Origin: Leptospira sp.
GTDB taxonomy: Bacteria > Spirochaetota > Leptospiria > Leptospirales > Leptospiraceae
NCBI GenBank assembly: GCA_034439575.1
Contig: JAWXAQ010000015.1
Location: forward strand, 128,001-192,000
Reading direction: 5' to 3'
DNA length: 64,000 bases
Part shown: piece after piece, positions 31,481 to 41,244 of the stretch
Numbering within the stretch: the first letter of the stretch is position 1
How the letters are laid out: every line of letters starts with the position of its first letter
Translations under genes and position numbers: made by a program
The notes under the pieces: generated by a model
Seen by the model: only the letters and a program-made list of their open reading frames with translations
What the model was told of the DNA's origin: nothing
Database searches by the model: none

Positions 31481-32557
31481 TTACTTTTTCTCCTCTAATA
31501 AAAGTTCAAGGCCAAGTCGTTTTGTCAGAGTCCATTCGTCTATTTTCATATGCTCTTTTTTTGATTCCATAAGCTGGATGAATTTTTTTATATAAGTATT
31601 TTCTGAAATATTTGCGACTACTTTCAACGCAGAATTATCAAATTCTAATATACGAAGTTTTGGTTTCCATTCCATTTCCAATTCTCTTTGAAATTGCATG
31701 AGAACTTCCATAGTATCAACAACTCCAAACCAATTGATACGAACCCAATCGAACTTTGATAACTTTGATAGTATTTCTAAACTTTCACGATTCGGAATGC
31801 CATCTAAGCCTGGTTGTACGTTCAGTTCTATATATTGACCAGCAGATTCAAAATGGACAAATGATTTTGTGACTTTACTATCTTTGACTTCTAAAAGCAA
31901 TCCACCTCGAATTCCGACCTCTCCCTTTCTCCAGACTCGCGCCGATCCAGCATAGGCGATTTCCATCGCACCAAAGACTTGGGATCTGGCACTATGTATA
32001 TGACCTACAGAAACGAAATCACAGTCTAATGCTTGTAATTGCGAAACATCGATGAGTCCCCCACCCTCTTCTATTTCTTCGCGAATTCCGCTAAAACTCA
32101 TACCAATCACAGTCGCATGAAGAAGACAAATCCTAACTTTAGATTTTTTCTTCGGTGGAAGTTTTCCGAGTAAATTCGCATAAGATTCTCTATGTGCTAT
32201 CGCTATGAGTTCCACTTCGTCATTAATAACTCTATGACTAAAAGGCTCTTCTTCCAAAAATTGAATTTGATTTCCCCAATCAAACATTCTGAATCCTTTC
32301 TCCGCATTTTGTCTTCGCAGGGATTCATGATTACCTGGTAAAAAAAATACAGCCCCCGAAAAAGATTTTAATAGATCGATTACTTTAGTCCTAAGTGATT
32401 CTAAATCATTATAAGTATCAAAAATATCTCCACATAACAAAAGTGCTTCGCAATTAAGTGTTATGGCTTTGCTTATAATTTCTTTAAGTACTTGTAATCC
32501 GTATTCGGGATCATTGTTTTCGGATAAATGAAGGTCGGAAAATTGAAGTAGTTTCAT
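31481..32557 (-). CDS. Mre11/SbcD-like metallophosphoesterase nuclease (YhaO-like)
   Basis: SDLH, GDIFD, PGNHE, GHIH and YAGS motifs; directly abuts the SMC-like gene. Confidence 0.88.
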   Translation of the reverse strand: MKLLQFSDLHLSENNDPEYGLQVLKEIISKAITLNCEALLLCGDIFDTYNDLESLRTKVIDLLKSFSGAVFFLPGNHESLRRQNAEKGFRMFDWGNQIQFLEEEPFSHRVINDEVELIAIAHRESYANLLGKLPPKKKSKVRICLLHATVIGMSFSGIREEIEEGGGLIDVSQLQALDCDFVSVGHIHSARSQVFGAMEIAYAGSARVWRKGEVGIRGGLLLEVKDSKVTKSFVHFESAGQYIELNVQPGLDGIPNRESLEILSKLSKFDWVRINWFGVVDTMEVLMQFQRELEMEWKPKLRILEFDNSALKVVANISENTYIKKFIQLMESKKEHMKIDEWTLTKRLGLELLLEEKK

Positions 32558-32631
32558 AGATAGTCTCAAGCCCAATTCTACATTGGACCTGGGACAAATG
32601 AATCATGCACTTAAAAAAAAATGCATTGGAC

Positions 32632-33819
32632 TTAGATGACACGATCTTTTCTAAATACCTCAATTTCTTCTGATTTATAACCCAGGGACTTTAAGATAGT
32701 ATCTGTATGTTCGCCATGCTCTGGTGGATCCAAACGATACGAAAAAGGTGTTTCTGAAAAATGAAAGGGGGAACCGAATTGTAACACATCACCATATTTT
32801 GGATGTTTGGTTTCAAATACCATTTTTCTCTCACGCCAATGTTCATCTTTAGAAACTTCTTCTAAACTTAAAATGGGTGATAGACAAGCGTCCTCATTTT
32901 TAAAAATAGGATCAAGTTCTGTATAGGTTTTTGAAAGGAAAAAATCATTTAATACCTGTTTTATTTTTCCTAAATTTTCTTCGATCATGGGAATTTCTTT
33001 TGTTAGGTTTTCCTTACCAATAGCTCTCAAAAATGTTTGGAAAAACATATCTTCCAAGGCACCTAAGGCAACATATCTGCCTTCTTTGGTTTGATATATA
33101 TTATAATTTGGTAATTTACCGGAAAGAATATCATTACTAGGCTCTGGTGTTTTTCCTGAAGCTGAATAAATACCACCATACAGTGAAATGAATTGTAAGG
33201 AGGCATCCGTCATAGAAATATCCAGCTTTTGTCCTTTTCCCGTTTTTTCTCTATAATACAATGCAGCAAGTATCGCTGATAGAGCGGTTAAAGTCCCACC
33301 GCCAACATCAGCTAACTGAAACCCAGCGGGTCTAGGTGGCAATCCTGTTTGGTGAAGCACACCCGATATTGCTAAATAATTTAAATCATGTCCAGCAAAG
33401 TTAACATACTTACCAGTAGTACCATAACCAGAGATTCCACAATAAATAAGGCGAGGAAATTTTTCTTTCAAAACTTCATAACCTATTCCCATTTTATCCA
33501 TTCCATCAGGACGAAAACCTTCCAGTAGAATATCTGCATCTTCTAATAATTTAAAAAGTATTTCTTTAGAAGCAGGACGTTTTAAATTCAGAGTGATGGC
33601 CTTTTTGTTTCGATTTAACATCATAAACAATGCCGGGTAACCACCGTTACCTTTAAACATAGCTCGCGATCCATCATAAGCTCTTGGGTTCTCTATCTTA
33701 ATCACTTCTGCACCCATATCCGCCAAATGTTGAGAACAAAGAGGACCTGGAAGTAATAGTGACAAATCTACAACTTTTACGCCTGCTAATGGCCCTGAAT
33801 TTTGTGATGAATGATTCAT
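32632..33819 (-). CDS. CaiB/BaiF family III CoA-transferase (AMACR-like)
   Basis: PGP...LADMGAEVIKIE, NRNKK, FRP and AGHDLNYLA motifs. Confidence 0.93.
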   Translation of the reverse strand: MNHSSQNSGPLAGVKVVDLSLLLPGPLCSQHLADMGAEVIKIENPRAYDGSRAMFKGNGGYPALFMMLNRNKKAITLNLKRPASKEILFKLLEDADILLEGFRPDGMDKMGIGYEVLKEKFPRLIYCGISGYGTTGKYVNFAGHDLNYLAISGVLHQTGLPPRPAGFQLADVGGGTLTALSAILAALYYREKTGKGQKLDISMTDASLQFISLYGGIYSASGKTPEPSNDILSGKLPNYNIYQTKEGRYVALGALEDMFFQTFLRAIGKENLTKEIPMIEENLGKIKQVLNDFFLSKTYTELDPIFKNEDACLSPILSLEEVSKDEHWRERKMVFETKHPKYGDVLQFGSPFHFSETPFSYRLDPPEHGEHTDTILKSLGYKSEEIEVFRKDRVI

Positions 33820-33859
33820 ATAATTTAATCCTTTGCTTATGCAAATAAATGGGAAGCCA

Positions 33860-35671
33860 TTATTGTACGTAACCTTGCTTTTTTAAAATTTCGAGGGCAT
33901 CAGTTTCAAGTAGTTCGGTTCTTTGGTAATTTTTAACAGCACCACCTCTAATCCAAATTTGAAAATGATTAGATAAAGAATTTTTTGGAGGTAATATCGG
34001 TGCCTCATACAAACCCATACAATTCATAGAACATCCTTTAGGTGATAGATCAAACATGCCAATACCTAAATTTTCTTCATCCAATTGTATGCCGTCTTTA
34101 AATAATTGAATTTTAGGGAAAGAAACATCAGGATAAACCTCAAAGGAAAATTCTGAACTCTCGTTTGATGTTATTTTATTTTTTTCTATGGATGCCGTAA
34201 TTTGACGAGGAGACAATATAAATTTTATATTGGTATTTTCACCATCTTTAAGACGAAGTTCGCCCGTAGTCACTGTCACTTTAGCTTCTAATGTATGGTT
34301 CAATGATTTTAATTGATTGAATCTAATCGTATAAGAAGGTAAAGGTGGTTCAATTTCTCGCAAATTTTTGAATAATAATTTAATTTTTTCACGTTCTTTG
34401 GATATGGAATTTATTTTTTCTAATTCACTAAGGGATTCAAATCGAATGGGAAATATTTGTAAGGGATCTTTTTTGATATCAAAATAGTAATAAATTTCGC
34501 GGCCCACATAACCTTCCCAAAATTTACCCAGTTCATGAAAACGAAATGATTTTTGTAGTAAAAAATCAGAGCCGAGACCAATGGCTTGCGTGGATCTCGT
34601 TTCACCATAATACAATCTTTTTTGACTTACATTTCCTTGGATGGTATCCATCAAACTAACACCATCTAATTGACTCTTTTTATCTAATCCAAATTCTTCC
34701 AATACAAATGGATATAAATCGACTGACTGCGTTCTCGTGTTAATTATTTTTCCAATTTTTTGATGAGCTTTCTTAACAATTAAAGGAACATGAATATTTT
34801 CTAAAAATAAATCTTGGCCATGCCCATAATAAGTATTTGTTCCAGTAAAAGGAGAAATGGCATGATCAGCTAACATCACTTCGCCGTGATCTGCAGTGAT
34901 AATAATCGTAGTATCATCCCATAAATTTGTTTCTTTCAAATATTGAAAAATATTTTTTAATTGATCGTCAATGTACGCGACTTCACCCAAATAATTGCGT
35001 TTCCTCTCATCCATATTTGGATCAAATTTAACTCTTTCCGCATAACCATTGGGAGGTGTATACGGCTTATGGGGATCATTGAAATTAATAAATAAAAAAA
35101 ATGGATTATCTTTATTTTTTGGCTTTGAAAATTTTTCTAAAATCTCTAAACTTTTTTTTGTAATGAGCGGTGTATCATTTCCATAATTTGAATAATCATA
35201 TAGATCTTGAAATCCCACATCCACACCTAATCCATGCTTATCGGTGAGAAACGGATTATTTCCAACCATCACTGTATGGATTTTATTTTTTCTTAAATAT
35301 TTTGGTAGAGGAAAAGATTCCTTTTCATAAAAAGCTTGGACTTCCTCTTTGGGAGCAGGGTAATCCCAAAAATTGACTGGATTTCTAGAAGCATACTTGC
35401 CCGTAAAAAAAACGAGTGTAGATGGCCTAGTCCATGCCGCATTTACCAAATGGTCAGTAAATACATAACTTTCCTTAGAGAAATTATCTAAAACAGGCGT
35501 TACACCATACTTACCTATAACATCTCCTCGCAGTGAATCTATGACGATCCAAATGAGATTTGGTTTTTTTGATTTTGGCAGAGATGAAAATTGTGAGTTT
35601 TGTTTACAAAATGTAATCAAACAAAAGAAAATGGAAAGAAGTAAGAAAAATGTTGAAAGTTTTTTTATCAA
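33860..35671 (-). CDS. Sulfatase/alkaline-phosphatase-superfamily exported protein
   Basis: PNLIWIVIDSLRGD, WTRPS, DPHKPY, TADHGE, HG and VPLI motifs; N-terminal signal/lipobox-like segment. Confidence 0.85.
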   Translation of the reverse strand: MIKKLSTFFLLLSIFFCLITFCKQNSQFSSLPKSKKPNLIWIVIDSLRGDVIGKYGVTPVLDNFSKESYVFTDHLVNAAWTRPSTLVFFTGKYASRNPVNFWDYPAPKEEVQAFYEKESFPLPKYLRKNKIHTVMVGNNPFLTDKHGLGVDVGFQDLYDYSNYGNDTPLITKKSLEILEKFSKPKNKDNPFFLFINFNDPHKPYTPPNGYAERVKFDPNMDERKRNYLGEVAYIDDQLKNIFQYLKETNLWDDTTIIITADHGEVMLADHAISPFTGTNTYYGHGQDLFLENIHVPLIVKKAHQKIGKIINTRTQSVDLYPFVLEEFGLDKKSQLDGVSLMDTIQGNVSQKRLYYGETRSTQAIGLGSDFLLQKSFRFHELGKFWEGYVGREIYYYFDIKKDPLQIFPIRFESLSELEKINSISKEREKIKLLFKNLREIEPPLPSYTIRFNQLKSLNHTLEAKVTVTTGELRLKDGENTNIKFILSPRQITASIEKNKITSNESSEFSFEVYPDVSFPKIQLFKDGIQLDEENLGIGMFDLSPKGCSMNCMGLYEAPILPPKNSLSNHFQIWIRGGAVKNYQRTELLETDALEILKKQGYVQ

Positions 35672-36057
35672 GATTCAACATCGAACATCTGTAAAGCGGT
35701 GAGCCAAACACCAACTAAGATAAATCCCATTCCTACCCATTGGGTAATGTTTAATTTTTCTTTGAAAAATAATGCAGAAGCAAGTAAAACGATAATGAAT
35801 CCACTTGATGTGAAAACTGGATAGGCAAGTGATAGTTTGAGTCCCTTTCCTAAAACAAATCGATACCCCAATAGTGCCAAACCAAATGCCGTTAAACCTA
35901 ACATAAAATAAGGATTAAAAATTGTACTAAAGAGGCCATTAGCATTTGCCTGAATAGGTTTCTCGGCATCTTGCAATGAAGAAGTTTTCATTAATATATT
36001 TGCGAGCGCATTGAAGAATACGGCTATACAGAAGACTATGATAATCTGGACTTGCAT
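35668..36057 (-). CDS. SMR/DMT small membrane protein (ArnE/ArnF-like)
   Basis: 4 TMs with LSLAYP...FFKEKL...G..FILVGV. Start placed at MQVQ. Confidence 0.8.
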   Translation of the reverse strand: MQVQIIIVFCIAVFFNALANILMKTSSLQDAEKPIQANANGLFSTIFNPYFMLGLTAFGLALLGYRFVLGKGLKLSLAYPVFTSSGFIIVLLASALFFKEKLNITQWVGMGFILVGVWLTALQMFDVES

Positions 36058-36104
36058 GGGATACTGGCAATTTGAAATCTTTTGAGGCAAGGTCAAATAT
36101 AAAA

Positions 36105-36941
36105 ATGAAAACAAAATCCTTCCTTTTTCAAGGTTTAAAACTCGCCTATTACGATTCGGAGGGTAAAAATCCTCCCTTACTCTTTTGTCATGCCAATGGA
36201 TATAGCGCCGGTTGTTATGACTTTTATTTTCAGTCCCTTAAAAACAAATACCGGATCATTGCCCTCGATTTTGTTGGGCATGGAAAAAGTGAATTCAGCT
36301 TGGATTATACGAATTGGAATTTTTTTAGGGACCAAATTTTAGCTTTGATAGAACATGAAAATTTATCTGAGTTAACACTCATTGGACATTCATTAGGTGG
36401 AGCATCGGGCCTCCTTGCTTCCGTTAAAGATCCATCTGTCTTTAAAAAAATCATCGTATTTGATCCAGTTATATTAGGCTGGAAATTGATAACTCTTTCA
36501 AAAATTTTCGGAAACCCACTAGCTCGGGGTGCTGCCAAAAGAAGAAAGGTATTTAGTAGTATAGAGCTTGTCCGACGTTCCTACAAAAAATTTCCCGCTT
36601 TTGCAAATTTTGATCAATCAATCTATGAAAATTATTTAAACTCATGTTTTCGCAAAACAGGAAATGGCGAAGAAGTAGAACTTTGTTGTGATCCCCGTGT
36701 TGAAGAACGAACTTTTTCACATTCTCACTATAGTATCTTCTTACAATTCTATAAAATTAAAACGGAAGTCCATGTTTTGATTCCGAAAGTGTATGAAGTT
36801 TGTAGTCCTAAACTTGCTTATTCAATTACAAAAAAAAATCCAAGGTCTTCCGTTTCCATCTGGGACAATGCCACACATTTTTTTCCCTTTGAAAAACCTA
36901 ATGAAACCTTATCTTGGTTAATTGAAAAAATTGAAAAATAA
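36105..36941 (+). CDS. Alpha/beta hydrolase
   Basis: HANG, DFVGHG, GHSLGG and THFFPFE motifs. Confidence 0.9.
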   Translation: MKTKSFLFQGLKLAYYDSEGKNPPLLFCHANGYSAGCYDFYFQSLKNKYRIIALDFVGHGKSEFSLDYTNWNFFRDQILALIEHENLSELTLIGHSLGGASGLLASVKDPSVFKKIIVFDPVILGWKLITLSKIFGNPLARGAAKRRKVFSSIELVRRSYKKFPAFANFDQSIYENYLNSCFRKTGNGEEVELCCDPRVEERTFSHSHYSIFLQFYKIKTEVHVLIPKVYEVCSPKLAYSITKKNPRSSVSIWDNATHFFPFEKPNETLSWLIEKIEK

Positions 36942-37001
36942 AAATTTATGCAGTTTTACCCTTTCCGAAAGTTATATTAAATGAAAAAATGTTTTTCGAA
37001 C

Positions 37002-38756
37002 CTAAGATACATTTACAAATAAATCAATCATCAGAATTTGTTTATTATATTCATAAAGCAAAATTCCATTAAAACTTATAGACAATCCTTTAATTGAACG
37101 TAATAATTTTCTAGTTAAACATTTTCCTTCAGGACCTAACATTAATAATTCGTAATTATCTTCATAACCATAACCATTGGAACTGTCAATAATTAAGACA
37201 ATATGTTTGCCATCAAAAGTCAATAAGTGTGAGACGGAGGATTTTAACTCGGATTGGTAGATAATATTTCCGTCAAAATCTAATATGTGAAAATTTTTAT
37301 AATCATCATAAATACAAAAGGCACTTTCAACAACTAGATAAGGAATTTTCTCAATACTTATGGAATGAGGACCTAAAACATCTGTACAAGTAAAAGGAAA
37401 TGATTTTATAGGTTTCAATTCAGAATTTACAAGTTCAGAGCCATCCATACTAAAAGGAATCATTATATTTCCGTTTGGTAGTGAAATAGGAGGAGTGTTT
37501 AACTCTCTCACCAAACTAATACCAGATGATGTATCATAGGTAAATACTTTGTTTTGTCCGGATAACAGATTATCTACTTTCGCATAATAATAAAAAACAT
37601 TCAGATGCAAATCAATCGCCACTGGATGATAATTGCTTTTGTAATTTGAGACTAAATTCCAATTTGAATCGTAAACCAAACAACCTTTAAGACTCAAAAT
37701 TAAAAATTGTTCATCCTCTGTCTGGTAAAGTTTTCCAGAAAAAACCTGCCCGTCTGGAAGCGCGATTTCTTTGATTTTCTTTTTTTCTACTAGGGAATAG
37801 ATATGAATATTTGATTTATGTGGGAGAAACAAAAGATCATTTAATATCGTAAAACTAAAATTATGTACGAGTCTACATTCGGAATAATCACGTTCTTCAG
37901 TAGAAAGAACTTCATAACTTTTAAGTGCAAGTGGTATCTCTAATAATTTATCCCCATTCAATGAATGGATTACGAGCAAATTTGGTCTATGTAATTTATT
38001 ATAATATTCTGAACCTGATTGGTATCCATGAAAGCTACACAAATATCCGCTTTGATAAAACAAAAAAGGAATTTGTAAGCCTTCGCGAAAAGGAGACTTC
38101 ACAACATTTGACCAGATAACTTTCGTATGTTTTAAATTCAAACATCGCAATTCGAATTGGCTATTATCTTCATGTTCCAAAAATAAGACAAATTCTTCTA
38201 AGGAGATAAATTCAGAAGATAGAACATTTGTATTTTTTTCAATGACAGAATGAACAAGTGCACCTTCGTTAAACCCTGATTGTTTGAATTTGTCATACTC
38301 TTCTGAAAATTCTGATAAAAACCATTTTTCTAACCAATTCTTAGCATCAGAGGGCAAGTCTGGATCTTGTTTGAGGTATAATTCTTTGAGATTTTCTTTT
38401 TCCTTTTCAGAAATAAATTGTAGAACGCTTGAAAAAAAATTATAGGGTAAATTTTCTTTTGTTAGTTTAAGAATGCCATTGAGGGTTGGTTCATAAATTA
38501 TCTTTGCTATCTCACTTGCAATTTTTACTGCTGATTGTTCATAATACTCTGGAAAGGTGGATCTGGGATCTCCAGTACCGCGAGTATGAATCATCCACAA
38601 TGTTTTACAATCATTGCACTTATATAAGTCGGGAAAAACTTCAATAACAGGCGTTAAAATATCATCGATAGGGAAAGTATAGAAGTCATTCTCTTCTGTT
38701 GCAGTAATACTTCGTTTAAAACTTTCCTTTTTCTCTTTGCAATACGGACATGCCAT
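37002..38756 (-). CDS. Hypothetical protein with N-terminal Cys4 zinc-ribbon-like motif and beta-repeat C-terminus
   Basis: 584-aa ORF with CPYC...YKCNDC...W and repeated (I/L)xDxxGxx(I/L) units. Confidence 0.7.
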   Translation of the reverse strand: MACPYCKEKKESFKRSITATEENDFYTFPIDDILTPVIEVFPDLYKCNDCKTLWMIHTRGTGDPRSTFPEYYEQSAVKIASEIAKIIYEPTLNGILKLTKENLPYNFFSSVLQFISEKEKENLKELYLKQDPDLPSDAKNWLEKWFLSEFSEEYDKFKQSGFNEGALVHSVIEKNTNVLSSEFISLEEFVLFLEHEDNSQFELRCLNLKHTKVIWSNVVKSPFREGLQIPFLFYQSGYLCSFHGYQSGSEYYNKLHRPNLLVIHSLNGDKLLEIPLALKSYEVLSTEERDYSECRLVHNFSFTILNDLLFLPHKSNIHIYSLVEKKKIKEIALPDGQVFSGKLYQTEDEQFLILSLKGCLVYDSNWNLVSNYKSNYHPVAIDLHLNVFYYYAKVDNLLSGQNKVFTYDTSSGISLVRELNTPPISLPNGNIMIPFSMDGSELVNSELKPIKSFPFTCTDVLGPHSISIEKIPYLVVESAFCIYDDYKNFHILDFDGNIIYQSELKSSVSHLLTFDGKHIVLIIDSSNGYGYEDNYELLMLGPEGKCLTRKLLRSIKGLSISFNGILLYEYNKQILMIDLFVNVS

Positions 38757-38794
38757 TCTTTATATCTGAATGGCTTTTCCTTATTACGTCAAAC

Positions 38795-39622
38795 TTATCT
38801 TAAAATAGCTAATTTTATAAGACCAGAATATACACTATCTGGTAAAAAATTTCTAAGGAACAAAAGAGATTTTGCATCTGGACCAATAGAATAGCGAAGT
38901 TTATTTGATCTATCGGTGGATGCTTTAAATATAACCTTTGCTACCTTCTCTGCTTTGATTGCATTTTTTTCCGAATTTTCGTAACTTTTAAATGCTTTTT
39001 CACAATGATTCTTATAATCGATAGGAGACATTTCTAATGTCGTCTCATTTGATCTTTCATAAAAATCAGTCTTTATCGCACCTGGCTCTATAATTTTTAC
39101 TTTGATGCCAATTGGTTCTAACTCAAATTTTAATGATTCAGAAAATCCTTCTACTGCCCATTTGGTTCCATGATAGAGGCTATAGTATGGAAAGGTAAGT
39201 CTTCCTCCCATTGATGCGACATTTACGATGATACCAGTTTTATTTTTTCTATAATGGGGAAGGATGCTTCGAATCACATTCATTACACCAAATACGTTTG
39301 TATCATATTGTTTTTTAATTTGTTCCGGACTCGCACCTTCAAATGGGCCAATCAAACCATAACCGGCATTATTAATGATCACATCAATTTTTCCAAACTT
39401 TTGAATGGTTTCATCAATTGCACTTTGAATTGATTTTGTATCTGTGACATCCAGTTTCGGAACGATAGTATTTTCCAATTTTGTTAAGATGTTTTCTTTG
39501 GAAGGAGTGCGCATTGTTGCGGAAACATTCCAGCCTTGTTTTTGGAAATAAAGAGCTGTCTCTCTGCCAATACCTGTGGAACTACCAGTAATTAGAACCG
39601 TTTTTGAATTTTCTTTAGACAT
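38795..39622 (-). CDS. SDR oxidoreductase
   Basis: TGSSTGIG, NNAGYG, YHGTK and IEPG motifs; AGGAG RBS. Confidence 0.93.
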   Translation of the reverse strand: MSKENSKTVLITGSSTGIGRETALYFQKQGWNVSATMRTPSKENILTKLENTIVPKLDVTDTKSIQSAIDETIQKFGKIDVIINNAGYGLIGPFEGASPEQIKKQYDTNVFGVMNVIRSILPHYRKNKTGIIVNVASMGGRLTFPYYSLYHGTKWAVEGFSESLKFELEPIGIKVKIIEPGAIKTDFYERSNETTLEMSPIDYKNHCEKAFKSYENSEKNAIKAEKVAKVIFKASTDRSNKLRYSIGPDAKSLLFLRNFLPDSVYSGLIKLAILR

Positions 39623-39640
39623 TTTATTTCTCCTTTTTTA

Positions 39641-39697
39641 ATGACTATTGGTCATTTATATATGACTGATAGTCATTATCACATGACTTGAGGTCAG
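39641..39697. promoter_or_regulatory. Three tandem ATGAC-N5-GTCA palindromes (putative TetR operators)
   Basis: ATGACtattgGTCAT (39641), ATGACtgataGTCAT (39662) and ATGACttgagGTCAG (39683), at an exact 21-bp period. Confidence 0.75.
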
Positions 39698-39738
39698 AAA
39701 CAAGTTTTTTTCTGGAACTATTTATAAGTTTTTTTAAA

Positions 39739-40413
39739 ATGGGGATCGTGAGCAGAATTTCGCAAGTAGACAAAACACCCAGAAAAAGAGCCGTTTTGGA
39801 AAGAGACAAAGTTTCCAAACGATCGAGTATCATTCAGGCAGCCGCGAGTTTACTTTCCAAAAAAGATCTAGCGGATCTATCCATGGATGAAGTGGCGAAG
39901 CGTGCAAAAATTGCAAAAGGAACTCTGTATCTTTATTTTCCGACCAAGGAAGACCTATATTTAAAAGTTCATATATTAGATTATAAAAATTGGTTCGAAG
40001 ATCTTATATCTTATCTTGAAGATAATCAAAAAACAAAACCCAACTTTTTGGACTGGTTTGTTTCTTCTTTTGAAAGACACCCTCGTTTTGTTAAGATATT
40101 GCCCGTTGTTCCTACGATTCTTGAAAAAAATGCAAGCATAGAAACTATCAAAGAATACAAAACAGAATTATTGAATCATTTAAACACTGTTATACCACTC
40201 CTCACTTTGCAATTGGGATTAAAATCAGACGAAGAAACTTTTCTTTTTATGATGCAATGCCATGCGATTGCCATCGGATCCTGGTCTCATGGCTTTCCTT
40301 CGCCAGCTGTAAAACAAGTATTGAACGACAAAGAATTGAATATCTTTTTGGTTGATTATCAACAATTTATAAGATCCTCTGTAGCTACACTCCTTAAAGG
40401 ATATTTGTCCTAA
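39739..40413 (+). CDS. TetR-family transcriptional regulator
   Basis: SMDEVAKRAKIAKGTLYLYFPTKEDL helix-turn-helix; divergent from the SDR gene. Start is ATG 39739 or GTG 39748. Confidence 0.93.
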   Translation: MGIVSRISQVDKTPRKRAVLERDKVSKRSSIIQAAASLLSKKDLADLSMDEVAKRAKIAKGTLYLYFPTKEDLYLKVHILDYKNWFEDLISYLEDNQKTKPNFLDWFVSSFERHPRFVKILPVVPTILEKNASIETIKEYKTELLNHLNTVIPLLTLQLGLKSDEETFLFMMQCHAIAIGSWSHGFPSPAVKQVLNDKELNIFLVDYQQFIRSSVATLLKGYLS

Positions 40414-40437
40414 AGAAAAAATTTAAAAAATACGTTT

Positions 40438-41244
40438 ATGAAACCAAAAAAGAAATCGCCTGCTAAAAAAAAATCTTCGAAAAAAACTTTAATCAAAAAA
40501 TCAAATAATAAAAAAGCCATCGGCAAACAAACGGTTGCTAGCCTAGAGCTCAAGGTTGAAGAAAAAAATACAATATCAGAGTTTATTGATACTGTTAGAG
40601 AATATTCAATCGGTCATGAAGTAGCAAATGCGATTACACATGGGATTGGTGGGGCTCTAAGTATTGCTGGTTTATCCGTATTAGTTACTATGGCAGTGTT
40701 ATTTGGAGATTCATGGCGAGTTATTAGTTGTGCCATTTATGGTTCTACACTTGTGTTATTGTACATCGCCTCAACCTTATATCATGCGATACAACATGAA
40801 AAAGCAAAATTTATATTCAAAAATCTAGATCACGCATCCATATTCCTATTAATTGCAGGAACTTATACCCCATTTACTCTTGTTAGTTTGCGAGAAAGTT
40901 CTAAATGGGGTTGGATACTATTTATAGTGATATGGGTTTTGGCTTTTATAGGTGTTACAATCAAGGCACTTTTTCCAAAACGAATGTCACATACCACTGT
41001 TGCTATCTACATTTTGATGGGTTGGCTATGTGTATTTGCCTTAGGCGATATATATACAGTCATTGGGAAAAATGGGATGGTATGGTTGGTTGCTGGTGGA
41101 CTGAGTTATACTTTAGGTGTTATCTTCTATGCTTGGGATAACCTGCCTTTCAATCATGCAATCTGGCATTTGTTTGTGTTAAGCGGTAGTTTTTGCCATT
41201 TTTTTGCAATTTGGTTTTATGTACTACCGATGAAAAATAACTAA
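40438..41244 (+). CDS. Hemolysin III/PAQR-family membrane protein
   Basis: E.ANAITHG, STLYH, LDHASIFLLIAGTYTPF and HAIWHLFV motifs. Confidence 0.93.
   Translation: MKPKKKSPAKKKSSKKTLIKKSNNKKAIGKQTVASLELKVEEKNTISEFIDTVREYSIGHEVANAITHGIGGALSIAGLSVLVTMAVLFGDSWRVISCAIYGSTLVLLYIASTLYHAIQHEKAKFIFKNLDHASIFLLIAGTYTPFTLVSLRESSKWGWILFIVIWVLAFIGVTIKALFPKRMSHTTVAIYILMGWLCVFALGDIYTVIGKNGMVWLVAGGLSYTLGVIFYAWDNLPFNHAIWHLFVLSGSFCHFFAIWFYVLPMKNN

Noticed and set aside
39641-39697. Mini-CRISPR or iteron interpretation of the 21-bp periodic repeats
   Set aside because: The units are 15-bp palindromes with 6-bp gaps, there is no cas or rep gene, and the position between divergent TetR/SDR genes fits operators.
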